44,146 nucleotides of DNA from an uncultured Candidatus Rokubacteria bacterium (GTDB taxonomy: Bacteria; Methylomirabilota; Methylomirabilia; Rokubacteriales; CSP1-6): assembly GCA_963789955.1 (NCBI GenBank), contig CAWBMV010000004.1:1-44146 (forward strand), read 5' to 3'. Below are positions 27,010 to 36,656 of this stretch, one piece after another; position 1 is the stretch's first letter, and every line of letters starts with the position of its first letter. Made by a program: the position numbers and the translations under genes. The notes under the pieces are model-generated. The model did not search any database and had not been told where the DNA came from. It was given only the letters and a program-made list of their open reading frames with translations.

Positions 27010-28269
27010 CTACATCTGCTCCTTGATCGGGAACGCCAGGATTTCGAGGAATCGGCTCGTGAAACCGCGATCGTTCCACTCCTTGTACATGACGCGGCGC
27101 GAGTTGCGCAGGTCCTCCTCGAACACGCGCTCGAGCCGCTGCGCGGTGTCGACGTCGTAGATCGCGACGTTGAGCTCCTCGTTCAGCGAGAACGAACGGC
27201 GGTCCAAGTTGGTGCTTCCGACGGTCGCCCAGATACCGTCGACGACCATGGTCTTCGCGTGGAGAAGCGCAGGCCGGTACTCGTAGATCTGAATATCGCT
27301 CTTCAGCAGACGCCCGAACCCCGAGCGGCTCGCCTGGCGCACCAGGTTGTGGTCGATCGCGCCCGGGATGAGGAGCTTGACCTGGACCCCACGATTGGCG
27401 GCGCCGAGCAGGGTCGTGATCATCTTCTCGTCAGGCACGAAGTAGGGGTTGGTGATGTGAATGGAGTGCCGCGCGGACGCGAGGGCCAGGAGGAACATCG
27501 TGTACATCGCGGTGCTACCGCCCGCCGGGGAGCTGCGCACCACCTGGGCGTCGACATCCCCCTTCGACTCCAGGCGCCGGCGCGGGAAATACTCGGGCCC
27601 GCCGATCGCCACGCCCGTCGTCTCCAGCCAGTTTTCGGCGAACGCACCCTGCAGCTGCTCGACCACCGGCCCTTCAATCCGAACATCGGTGTCCCGCCAG
27701 TGTCCTTCCTGGCGCCCGTTGCCGCTCCACTTGCCGCTGATGCCCGAGCCTCCCGTCACGCCGACCATGCCGTCCACCACGAGAATCCTGCGATGGTTGC
27801 GATAGTTCACCCGATCGATGGCGAACGAGCTCAGCGGCCGGAAATTCTCGACCTTGCAGCCGGCGCTTTTCATTTCCTCGCGCCGCTCGGCCGGCATGGC
27901 CAGCGCGCCCACCGCGTCGAGCAGCACGTTGACCTTGATGCCGGCGGTACAACGTTCCGCCAGCGCCCGGGCGATATGCTTGGCGGGCTCGCCGCCCTCG
28001 AAGACGTACTGGGCGTAATTGATGGTGCGACGCGCGCTGCGAATCAGCGCGAGCTTCGCCGGAAAGATCTCTTCGCCGTTCAATAAGATTTCCACGCGGT
28101 TGCCGCCGACGACGGTCGTGCCCGTGTACGCGCCGAGCGTGGCCGCGAACGCCGGCTGCTTGATGTCGAGCGTCGGCAGCTCGAGGTGAGGTGGGACACC
28201 CGCGCAACCCGTGGTGATGGTGAGCAGGACGACAAGACCCATTCGTGCGAACCCGCACCGCGTCTTCAT
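27010..28269 (-). CDS. Cardiolipin synthase/phospholipase D family lipoprotein
   Basis: RNHRRILVVD and LHAKTMVVD HKD-type motifs, WRDT, NPYFVP, GSTNLD; lipobox-like TTGC. Confidence 0.88.
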   Translation of the reverse strand: MKTRCGFARMGLVVLLTITTGCAGVPPHLELPTLDIKQPAFAATLGAYTGTTVVGGNRVEILLNGEEIFPAKLALIRSARRTINYAQYVFEGGEPAKHIARALAERCTAGIKVNVLLDAVGALAMPAERREEMKSAGCKVENFRPLSSFAIDRVNYRNHRRILVVDGMVGVTGGSGISGKWSGNGRQEGHWRDTDVRIEGPVVEQLQGAFAENWLETTGVAIGGPEYFPRRRLESKGDVDAQVVRSSPAGGSTAMYTMFLLALASARHSIHITNPYFVPDEKMITTLLGAANRGVQVKLLIPGAIDHNLVRQASRSGFGRLLKSDIQIYEYRPALLHAKTMVVDGIWATVGSTNLDRRSFSLNEELNVAIYDVDTAQRLERVFEEDLRNSRRVMYKEWNDRGFTSRFLEILAFPIKEQM

Positions 28270-28312
28270 CGCGTTCTCCCGTTCTCTGTCTGTGTTGTTG
28301 GTCTGTTGAAAG

Positions 28313-28328
28313 AGCAAGCGAGATACCA
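28313..28328 (-). promoter_or_regulatory. sigma54 -24/-12 promoter for cls-like gene
   Basis: Minus strand TGGTATCTCGCTTGCT, GG-N10-GC spacing. Confidence 0.7.
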
Positions 28329-28511
28329 GAGTCGAGAGACCGGGAGATCACCTGAGTCGGCGTCGACCGCCGGGTAGGATTTACCGAGCCGCCGCGTAAC
28401 AAATACTGCGCCCGGCGAGGCGTGTCGCGATCGCCTTGTTCATGATTCGCCATGGCCTAAATCGCTGTCTGACAGGATTTTCCGCGCCGGCGTCGCACGC
28501 ACAGCTCGTGC

Positions 28512-28527
28512 TGGCAAGGCGATTGCT
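28512..28527 (+). promoter_or_regulatory. sigma54 -24/-12 promoter for BON/OsmY gene
   Basis: TGGCAAGGCGATTGCT. Confidence 0.75.
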
Positions 28528-28614
28528 CTTTTCTGGGCAGGCGCACGAAATCGGATACCCGCGCGAACGGGCCGGGGTCCACTCACATACCGAGAACCTG
28601 GAGGACAACCAGCG

Positions 28615-29232
28615 ATGCGTAACGAACTGAAGACTGGAGCAGCGCTTCTGACCGCCGTCCTATTCGCGCTCCCGTTGACTGCGGGCGCCGCCGACAAGGC
28701 GACCGACAAGACGGCTCCGAGCACGATGGACAAGATGGAGAACAAGGCCAAAGAGACCACGCAGGAAGTGACGGGCGCCACCAGTGATAGCTGGCTGACG
28801 TCGAAGACGAAGATCGCCCTCTTCGCGGACGATCGGGTCAAGGGCCGCGAGGTGCGGGTCGAGACCGTGAAGGGCGAAGTGTTCCTGCGCGGTAAGGTCG
28901 ACTCCGAAGAGGCGAAGATGGCCGCGGCCGACATCGCCAAGACCGTCGAGGGCGTGAAGAGCGTGAAGAACGACCTGCAGGTCGTGGCCCCTGCGGCGCG
29001 CAAGGCCGTCCAGACGAACGACAAGCAGATCACCAAGGCTGTCGAGACCAGCTTCGGCAAGGACGCGCAGCTGAAGAAGATCGACGTCCGCACCGATGCG
29101 GGTGTCGTGGTGCTGAGCGGCGAGGTGCCGAACATCTCCACGTCCGCGAAGGCCTCCGAGATGGCGCACCGGGTCGACGGCGTGAAGTCGGTCAAGAACG
29201 AGCTGCGTGTGGCGCAGGCGAAGGCCAACTAA
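28615..29232 (+). CDS. Periplasmic dual-BON-domain protein (OsmY-like)
   Basis: Signal peptide; DSWLTSKTKIAL, VETVKGEVFLRG, GVKSVKNDL repeated twice; GGAGG RBS. Confidence 0.9.
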   Translation: MRNELKTGAALLTAVLFALPLTAGAADKATDKTAPSTMDKMENKAKETTQEVTGATSDSWLTSKTKIALFADDRVKGREVRVETVKGEVFLRGKVDSEEAKMAAADIAKTVEGVKSVKNDLQVVAPAARKAVQTNDKQITKAVETSFGKDAQLKKIDVRTDAGVVVLSGEVPNISTSAKASEMAHRVDGVKSVKNELRVAQAKAN

Positions 29233-29254
29233 CGCAGGAAGCTGACGCACGACG

Positions 29255-29288
29255 AGAGCGGGCGGTCGAGAGACCGCCCGCTCTTTTT
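29255..29288 (+). terminator. Rho-independent terminator
   Basis: AGAGCGGGCGGTC-gaga-GACCGCCCGCTCT followed by TTTT. Confidence 0.88.
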
Positions 29289-29302
29289 GTGTCTGCTACG
29301 AA

Positions 29303-29530
29303 CTACCGCCGGGCCGGGTCGCGCAGCTCTTCGTCATACCGGTCGAAGCGCTTCTTCATCTCGCGCTCGGCCTGATCCCGCTCCCAGCCGTAGCGCTCCT
29401 GCAGCGCGCCGGCAAGCTTGTCCATCGCGCCGTCGACCCGATCGAGGTCATCGTCGGTGAGCTTGCCCCACCACTGCTTGACCTGACCGCGCATCTGTTT
29501 CCACTTGCCGGTGAGAATGTCCTGGTTCAT
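29303..29530 (-). CDS. CsbD/YjbJ family stress protein
   Basis: MNQDILTGKWKQMRGQVKQWWGKLTDDDLD..LQERYG; AAGGAGG RBS. Confidence 0.93.
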   Translation of the reverse strand: MNQDILTGKWKQMRGQVKQWWGKLTDDDLDRVDGAMDKLAGALQERYGWERDQAEREMKKRFDRYDEELRDPARR

Positions 29531-29577
29531 GAATGTCGCCTCCTTTCGGTTTCGTTCATCGAACGAGAACACGAGGG

Positions 29578-29593
29578 AGCAAGACGTGTGCCT
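29578..29593 (-). promoter_or_regulatory. sigma54 -24/-12 promoter for csbD-like gene
   Basis: Minus strand AGGCACACGTCTTGCT. Confidence 0.72.
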
Positions 29594-29711
29594 CCCGGGC
29601 CTGCGATCGCGCAAGCGTTCTCTCGTAAAAGTTACTCGGTAAATCTTTCCGCCCTTCGACGGGGCCGCGCGCACAGCGCCGTCATTCCTACACAGGGGAG
29701 CGGATCGCAAT

Positions 29712-29727
29712 TGGCACCGCGGCTGCA
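29712..29727 (+). promoter_or_regulatory. sigma54 -24/-12 promoter for DUF3309 gene
   Basis: TGGCACCGCGGCTGCA. Confidence 0.68.
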
Positions 29728-29764
29728 GGGATTGCCCAGGTACACATACAGGGAGGACCAGAAG

Positions 29765-29920
29765 ATGTTGTCGACGGTTCTGATCGTCGTTCTGGTGTTG
29801 GCGCTCATCGGCGCCTTGCCGGCGTGGCCGTATAGCTCGGGCTGGGGCTACTACCCGAGTGGCGGGCTCGGCATCGTCGTGCTCGTCGTCCTGGTTCTGC
29901 TTCTCACCGGAAGGGTGTAG
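29765..29920 (+). CDS. DUF3309 family small membrane protein
   Basis: LIGALPAWPYSSGWGYYPSGGLG signature; GGGAGG RBS. Confidence 0.88.
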   Translation: MLSTVLIVVLVLALIGALPAWPYSSGWGYYPSGGLGIVVLVVLVLLLTGRV

Positions 29921-29944
29921 AGGGTAAGGGACGCCTCGGCAAGG

Positions 29945-30607
29945 ATGAGCACGAGAAGGCCGATCAGCGGCGCTGACGGCGCGGACGCGCGCGTCGCGAC
30001 CCTCGAGCAGCCCTGGAGCCCGTGGGGGCGTGAGTATATGAACACGCCCGATCGCTTCATCTTCGGTACGCGCCCGTCGGCTCTGGCCCGCGAGGCCGGA
30101 GAGCTCGCGGGCCATCGCGCCCACGTGCTCGATCTCGGCTGCGGCGAGGGGCGCGACAGCGTCTTTCTCGCCGAGCAGGGACACGATGTCGTCGGCGTCG
30201 ACCTCTCGCTCGACGGGCTCCGCAAGGCCGCGCGGCTCGCGGACAAGCGCGGCGTTCAAGTGCCGTGGGTCTGCGCGGCGTTGCCGGATCTGCCGGTGCG
30301 GGGACCGTTCGATCTGGTCTACTCCTGCGGCTCGATCCACTATGTGGCTCGGGACGACCGCGGCGCTCTGTTCGCCCGGCTCCAGGGACTCACGCGCCGG
30401 GGTGGGCACCACGCGCACGTCGTCTTCACCGAACGGCGGATCTACCGCGAGAAGAACGAGGTCGTGCACTACTTCACTCCGGATGAGCTGCGCGACGCCT
30501 ATCGCGGCTGGATCATCCTGCGCCACGAGGAGGGACTGATCCCGTGTGCCCAGGACGGTGTGCATCACGTGCACAGCGTGGAGACGATTCTCGCCCAGCG
30601 GCCCTGA
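29945..30607 (+). CDS. Class I SAM-dependent methyltransferase (TehB-like)
   Basis: VLDLGCGEGRDSVFLA, GVDLS, FDLVY. Confidence 0.85.
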   Translation: MSTRRPISGADGADARVATLEQPWSPWGREYMNTPDRFIFGTRPSALAREAGELAGHRAHVLDLGCGEGRDSVFLAEQGHDVVGVDLSLDGLRKAARLADKRGVQVPWVCAALPDLPVRGPFDLVYSCGSIHYVARDDRGALFARLQGLTRRGGHHAHVVFTERRIYREKNEVVHYFTPDELRDAYRGWIILRHEEGLIPCAQDGVHHVHSVETILAQRP

Positions 30608-30639
30608 TCCAGGCGGGCGGCCGTGCTACGCTTTCTGCG

Positions 30640-31407
30640 ATGCGACATTTCCATTTCCTGAGCGCCGCCCTCGGGTGTGGTCTGGCGCTGCTGCTGGCCG
30701 GCAGCGCCGTCGCGGTAACCCCGCCGGCGCGGGCGAGCGGCTCGCTCCTCGAAGCGTGGAACAACATCACGACCTTCAACGAGGACCTCGCGCGGATCGA
30801 CCGCGCGCGCGACGCGCTCGAGAGCGAGGTCGCCCGCACGCCGAGTCTCGACGCGCTCCTCCTGCTGGCCTGGGCCCATCTACTCTGGGCCGACTACCGA
30901 GCGCACGACGTGGACGCCAAGCTCGCGAGCTACGAGCGCGGACGCGATGTCGCCAAGCGCGCGATCGAGATGGCGCCGCGGAGCCCGGAGGCGCATCTCT
31001 GGTATGCCGCCAATCTGGGCCGCTGGGCGGTCACGAAGGGTAAGCTGCAGGCCGCGTTTCTCCTGTCGACCCTGAGGCAGGAGATCCAGACGGTGCTGGA
31101 GCTCGATCCCGACAACGTGCCGGGCCTGGCGGTCGCCGGGTCGTTCTACCTCGAGACCCCGTCGCTGTTCGGGGGCGACGTCCCGCGCGCCGAGGGATAC
31201 CTGCGCAAGGCGCTCGCGCTCGATCCGCACTTCACGCGCGCCCGCGTCGAGCTGGCCCGGTGTCTGATCGCGCAAGGGCGCTACGATGAAGCCCGACAGG
31301 AGCTGAAGACCGTCATCGACGAGCGGCAGCCGAGCTACATCGCCGACTGGGTCATGAAACACCGGCCCACCGCCCAGCGTCTGATGGCCGAGATCCGAGC
31401 GAAGTAA
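30640..31407 (+). CDS. Exported TPR-repeat protein (TRAP TatT-like)
   Basis: Signal peptide; AHLWYAANLGR, YLETPSLFGGD, YLRKALALDP helical repeats. Confidence 0.72.
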   Translation: MRHFHFLSAALGCGLALLLAGSAVAVTPPARASGSLLEAWNNITTFNEDLARIDRARDALESEVARTPSLDALLLLAWAHLLWADYRAHDVDAKLASYERGRDVAKRAIEMAPRSPEAHLWYAANLGRWAVTKGKLQAAFLLSTLRQEIQTVLELDPDNVPGLAVAGSFYLETPSLFGGDVPRAEGYLRKALALDPHFTRARVELARCLIAQGRYDEARQELKTVIDERQPSYIADWVMKHRPTAQRLMAEIRAK

Positions 31408-31438
31408 CGACGCCAGCCGTAGTACAGTCGGTCGCGCC

Positions 31439-33041
31439 ATGAAGGCCGCCGACGAGCGTGCCGACGTTCTCGTGATCGGAGCCGGCGCTTCCGGCGCCGC
31501 CGTCGCCTGGAAGCTTGCCGGCGCCGGCATCAGCGTGGTGTGTCTGGAGCAGGGGGATTGGGTCGACGCGCGCGCGTATCCCCACTGGCAGGCCGACTGG
31601 GAGCTGCACCGGAACACCGACTGGAGCGCCGAGCCGAACGTGCGGCGGCTCGCGCAGGACTATCCGGTCAACGACCAGGCCTCGGTCATCTCGCCGCTGA
31701 TGTACAACGCGGTCGGCGGCAGCACCATTCACTGGAGCGCCCACTTCCCGCGCTTCCGCCCCTCGGACTTTCGCGTGCGGAGTCTCGACGGCGTCGCCGA
31801 CGACTGGCCGATCGACTACGCCACCCTGGAGCCGTACTTCGACCTGAACGATCAGATGATGGGCGTGGCCGGGATCACCGGCGATCCGGCCTATCCGCCG
31901 AAGTCGCCGCGTCAGACGCCGCCGATCCCGCTCGACACCCTCGGCGTCACGATCGCCGGCGGCTTCGACCGGCTCGGCTGGCACTGGTGGCCCTCGGACA
32001 GCGCGATCCTCACGCGCGACTACGACGGCCGGCGGGCTTGCGTGAACTGCGGCCCGTGCGATCTCGGCTGCCCGATCGGTGCCAAGGCGAGCACGGACAT
32101 CACCTACTGGCCGAAGGCGCTCGCGTTCGGCGCACGCCTGGTGACCCGCGCCCGCGTGCGTGAGATCACGCTCGGGCCGGATGGGCTCGCCGACGGCGTC
32201 GTCTACTACGACGGCGAGGGCCGAGAGCATGCGCAGAAGGCTCGCGCGGTCGTGCTGGCCGCCAACGGTATCGGCACGCCACGCCTCCTGTTGAACTCGC
32301 GCTCAACGCGCTTTCCCGAAGGGACTCGCCAATCGCAGCGGCCTGGTCGGACGGAACCTCATGTTCCATCCCTACGCGATGGCGCGGGGCGTCTTCGACA
32401 AGCCGCTCGGTGGTCATCGCGGTCCGATCGGCTGCAGCATCATCAGCCAGGAGTTCTACGAGACGGATCTCTCGCGCGGCTTCGTCCGCGGCTATTCGTT
32501 TCAGGTGGCGCGCGGGCTCTCGCCGATCGCTTCCGCGAACGGGGGGTCGGTCGGTGACCGGGTGCCCTGGGGCCGCGAGCATCGGCGGGCGTACGCCGAG
32601 CGATTCGACCGGACGATCACCGTTGCCGTCATCGGCGAGGATCTGCCGGAGCCTGAGAACCGCGTCGACCTCGACCCGACGCTCACCGATTCGAACGGCA
32701 TTCCGGCGCCGCGCGTGTCCTACCGGCTCAGCGAGAACAGCCGACGCATGCTCGACCACGGCATCGCACGCGCCCGCGAGGTGTTGCAAGCGGCCGGCGC
32801 CCACGACGTCGCGTTCAACCCGCTCCTGCGCGCCGGCGGCTGGCACCTCATGGGCACCGCGCGCATGGGGCGCGATCCGGCCACCTCGGTGGTGGACGCC
32901 GAGGGGCGGTGCCACGACGTGCCGAATCTCTACATCGTCGACGGGAGCGTGATGGTGACCTCCGCGGGCGTGAACCCGACCTCGACGATCCAGGCCGTCG
33001 CGCTTCACGTCGCCGACGGGATGATCCGGAGGCGGAGGTGA
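31439..33041 (+). CDS. GMC family oxidoreductase, frameshifted
   Basis: VIGAGASG, VGGSTIHW, CVNCGPCDLGC, GRNLMFH, HLMGTARMG, NPTSTIQA; indel near 32322. Confidence 0.9.
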
Positions 33042-33447
33042 CGCGCGATCTTTTGGCCTCGGTACTCGATACCCTGGTGCCGCCGGGTGAGGGCTTCCCG
33101 GAAAGCGGCGCGCTCGCCCTCGACCATGTCCTGGCAATGGCCGACGCCTCCGCCGGGGCCGGGTCGTTGCTCGCGCAGGCACTCGAGGCCATCGAGGAGG
33201 CGGCGAGAGCCGGCGATGTCGGGGCGAGAGCGAGGATCTTCTGAGGCGCGTCGAGCGTTCTCATCCCGAGGCCTTCGATGCGCTCGTACGTCACACCTAT
33301 GATGGCTTCTATACCCACCCCGCCACGATCACGCGGCTCGGACTCGAGCCCGGGCCGGTACAGCCGCGCGGCCACCGCATCGAGAGCGTGCCGTTCCCGG
33401 ATCTCGGGCGTGTGGCCGGGCGCGGTCCGATCTTCCGTCGGGCCTAA
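33038..33447 (+). CDS. GMC accessory subunit (gluconate 2-dehydrogenase subunit 3-like), frameshifted
   Basis: GTGA overlap; LDTLVPPGEGFP then (after indel near 33237) LRRVE..FDALVRHTYDGFYTHP..LG..PQPRG-like pattern. Confidence 0.6.
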
Positions 33448-33506
33448 GCCGTGGCCGTATATCATGATGGCCAGGCTGCACGAGGTCGAATCGCCGAGGT
33501 GAGCCG

Positions 33507-35305
33507 ATGAGCAAGCCGACCCAAGCAGTCCACGAGTTCGAGCATCACACGACCGACCGGACGACGACGCGCCCTGTGGTCTCGGGCACGCAGGGCGTTG
33601 TCACGGGCGGCCACCCGCTCGTGTCGATGGCGGGCATGCGCATGCTGCTCTCGGGCGGCAACGCGTTCGACGCCGCCGTGGCCGCCGGCTTCGCCGCCGC
33701 GGTGGTCGAGCCGACGGCGTCCTACACGCTCTGTGGCGAATGCGTGGCGCTCATCCACGACGCGCGCGCGCGGGAAACCCTGGCGCTGAGCGGACAGGGC
33801 ACGGCGCCGGCGCTCGCGACGGTCGGACTCTTTCGCGGGCGCAAGCTCGATCGCGTCCCGACCGGTCCCGGAGCGGACGCGCATCTGTCGTTCACCGTGC
33901 CGGGCGCCGTCGACGGCTATCTGACCCTGCTCGAGACTCACGGCACGAAGAGCGTGAGCGAGGTGCTCGCCCCCGCGGTCCAGTACGCCGAGCATGGATT
34001 CCCGATGTACGAATACATGCACGGCCTACTCGATATTCCGGAGACGCGGACTCAGTTCGACCTGTATCCGCCCGGCGGCACCGCGGTGTTCTACCCGGGC
34101 GGGCGCGTGCCCGAGGTGGGCGAGCTGTTCGTGCAGCCCGCCCTCGGCGGAACCTTGCGGCGGCTCATCGAGGCCGACACCAGGGCGCGCGGCCATCGAA
34201 CGGCCGGCATCGCCGCGGCGCGCGAGCGCTTCTATCGCGGTGACGTCGCGGCGACGATCGGCGCCTTCTCCGAGCGCGTCGGAGGGCTTCTGCGCGCCTC
34301 TGATCTGGCCGAGCTACCGCGCCCGGCTCGAGGCGCCGCTGCGCACGACCTTCGCGGGCCGGGAGATCCTGGGCCAGTCGGCGTGGACCCAAGGCCCCGT
34401 GCTCATGCAGGCGCTCGGCATGCTCGCGACCTTCGATCTGCGCGCGCTCGGCCACAACTCCGCTCGCTACATCCACGTGGTCTCGGAGGCGCTCAAGCTC
34501 GCCTTCGCCGATCGCGAGGAGTACTACGGCGATCGCGAGGACGCGCTCACCGGGATCGGCGATCTGCTCACGCCCGCCTATCTGAAGGAGCGCGCGGCAC
34601 TGATCCCGTAGCGATCGCGCGACTCCAGAGGCGCCGGCGCCGGGCGATCCTCGACACCGCGGCGCGGCGCGGCGCTCCGGCGCGCACGCCGGCATTCGCA
34701 CGGGCAGCGTGTCGACGGCCGCCGCCGACGGGACGACGCACATCGCCGCGATCGATCGCGAGGGCAACATGATCTGCCTGACGCCGAGCGGCGGCGTGTT
34801 CAGGAAATCGGCGTTCGCGCCCGAGCTCGGCTGCACGCTCAGCACACGCAGCGAGATGTTCTTCGTCGCCGACGATCATCCGAACGGGCTCGTCCCGGGC
34901 AAGCGCCCGCGTACCACGCTCGTGAGCTATCTGATCTGCGAGGGCGGCGTGCCCACCATGACCGTCGGCTGTCCGGGCGGCGACGATCAGAGCCAGGCCG
35001 ATCTGCAGCTCGTCCTGAATCTGCTGGTCTTCGGCATGAATCCGCAGCAGGCGGTCGAAGCGCCGCGCTTCTCGACCCAGACGCTCGTCAACTCGTTCTG
35101 GCCCAGAGCCTATCGGCCGGGACAGCTGAACGTCGAGCCGGGCATCCCCGAGCGGACCCGCGGCGAGCTCCGCGCGCTCGGTCACGAGGTGAGCGAGGCC
35201 GGCGCGTGCGGTATCGGTGCGGTGGTGACGCGGCGCGACCCGCAGACGGGCGTGCTGTCCGCCGGCGCCGATCCGCGGCGCCCGACCTACGCGCTGGCGT
35301 GGTAG
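33507..35305 (+). CDS. Gamma-glutamyltransferase family protein, frameshifted
   Basis: GGNAFDAAVA, FTVPG, QGP, KLAFADRE, GTTH nucleophile, PGKRPRTTL, ADPRR; indels near 34311, 34606 and ~34680. Confidence 0.88.
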
Positions 35306-35312
35306 CAAGACG

Positions 35313-36420
35313 ATGAGTGGCGCGACGAGACCGCCGTTCCGCGCCGACCACGTCGGGAGCCTGCTGCGCCCGCCGGAGCTCCAGACGGCACGGGCGCGCG
35401 CGGCCCGCGGCGAGATCGATCGCGCCGCGTTGCGCGCGATCGAGGACCAGGCGATCCGCGGCGCCGTCGCGCTTACAAGAATCGGTCGGTCTTCAGTCGA
35501 TCACCGACGGCGAGTTCCGCCGCGACTGGTGGCACATCGACTTCCTGCGCGGCTTCGATGGCGTGGAGACCTCGACCCAGAGCTTCGGCGTGAAGTTCGA
35601 GGGCGCCGACGAGCAGCCGCCGCTCATGAAGGTGACCGGGAAGATCCGGCGAACCAAGCCCAGCATGCTCGACCACTTCCAGTTTCTGAAATCCGCCACC
35701 ACGCGCACGGCAAAGTTCTGCCTGCCGTCGCCGGTCATGCTGCACGCCCGCGGCGACCGGCCGACGCTCAAGGCCACCTATCCGAATCTCGACGAGTTCT
35801 GGTCGGATCTGACCGCGGCCTATCGTGAGGAGATCCGCGCGCTGTGCCAGGCCGGGTGCACCTATCTGCAGATCGACGACACGACCGTGGCGATGATGTG
35901 CGATCCGAAGGTCCGCGAGCAGGTCACGAAGCTCGGCGACGATCCGGAGCGGTTGCCCGGCCTCTATGCCGACCAGGTCAACGCCGCGCTTCGCGACGTG
36001 CCGGGCGGCGTGACGGTCGCCATCCACACGTGCCGAGGCAATTTCAAGAGCACCTGGATGGCCAGCGGCGGCTACGACCCGGTGGCCGAGACCGTCTTCA
36101 CGCGGATGAACGTCAACGCGTTCTTCCTGGAATACGACACCGACCGCGCGGGCGGCTTCGAGCCGTTGCGCTTCGTGCCCAAGGGCAAGACGGTCGTGCT
36201 CGGCCTCATCAGCTCCAAAGTGCCGACACTCGAATCGAAGGACGCTCTCAAGCGCCGCATCGAGTCGGCCGCGAAGTATGTGCCGCTCGAAAACCTCTGT
36301 CTCAGCCCGCAGTGCGGCTTCTCCAGCACGCACCACGGCAACACGATCACCGTGGACGACCAGAAGCGCAAGCTGGCCCTGGCGCTCGACGTCGCCCGCG
36401 AGGTTTGGGGTACGAACTAG
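35313..36420 (+). CDS. Cobalamin-independent methionine synthase-like protein (single-barrel, YxjH-like), frameshifted
   Basis: PPFRADHVGSLLRP, TDGEFRR, HTCRGN, FFLEYD, LSPQCGFSS; indel near 35472. Confidence 0.9.
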
Positions 36421-36631
36421 TCTCGTCTCGGACAGGTGTATCTGAACTTCCACGCTTGACAGACTTCTTCGGTGCAGATGCGGCGGTTGCGCGTCTGCAC
36501 TGCAAACACCGCGCTGGTGGACCTCAGGAAGGTTCAGGATGCGCGACGGCGCGCGCCCTCGCGAAAAAGCGTGACAGCATCGCGGTCGCGTCGCGGCGTG
36601 CCACGCAGGTCGGTCCCGAAATCGCCATGTA

Positions 36632-36653
36632 GAGTCTCTTCGACAGGAGACTC
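36632..36653 (+). promoter_or_regulatory. Hairpin sequestering the RBS of the HNH gene
   Basis: GAGTCTCTT-cgac-AGGAGACTC; AGGAG lies in the 3' arm, ATG at 36657. Confidence 0.6.
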
Positions 36654-36656
36654 ACC

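Noticed and set aside
29303..30574. 423-aa ORF ending in CsbD
   Set aside because: Only the last 75 aa are CsbD with their own RBS; the rest is antisense to DUF3309 and the methyltransferase
34600..34615. TAG read-through (pyrrolysine) in the GGT gene
   Set aside because: Removing one C restores a sensible frame (LIRSDRATPEAPAPGDP); it is an indel, not recoding
36587..36603. Possible minus-strand sigma54 site (TGGCACG) in the HNH leader
   Set aside because: No TGC at the -12 position and no downstream gene in that orientation
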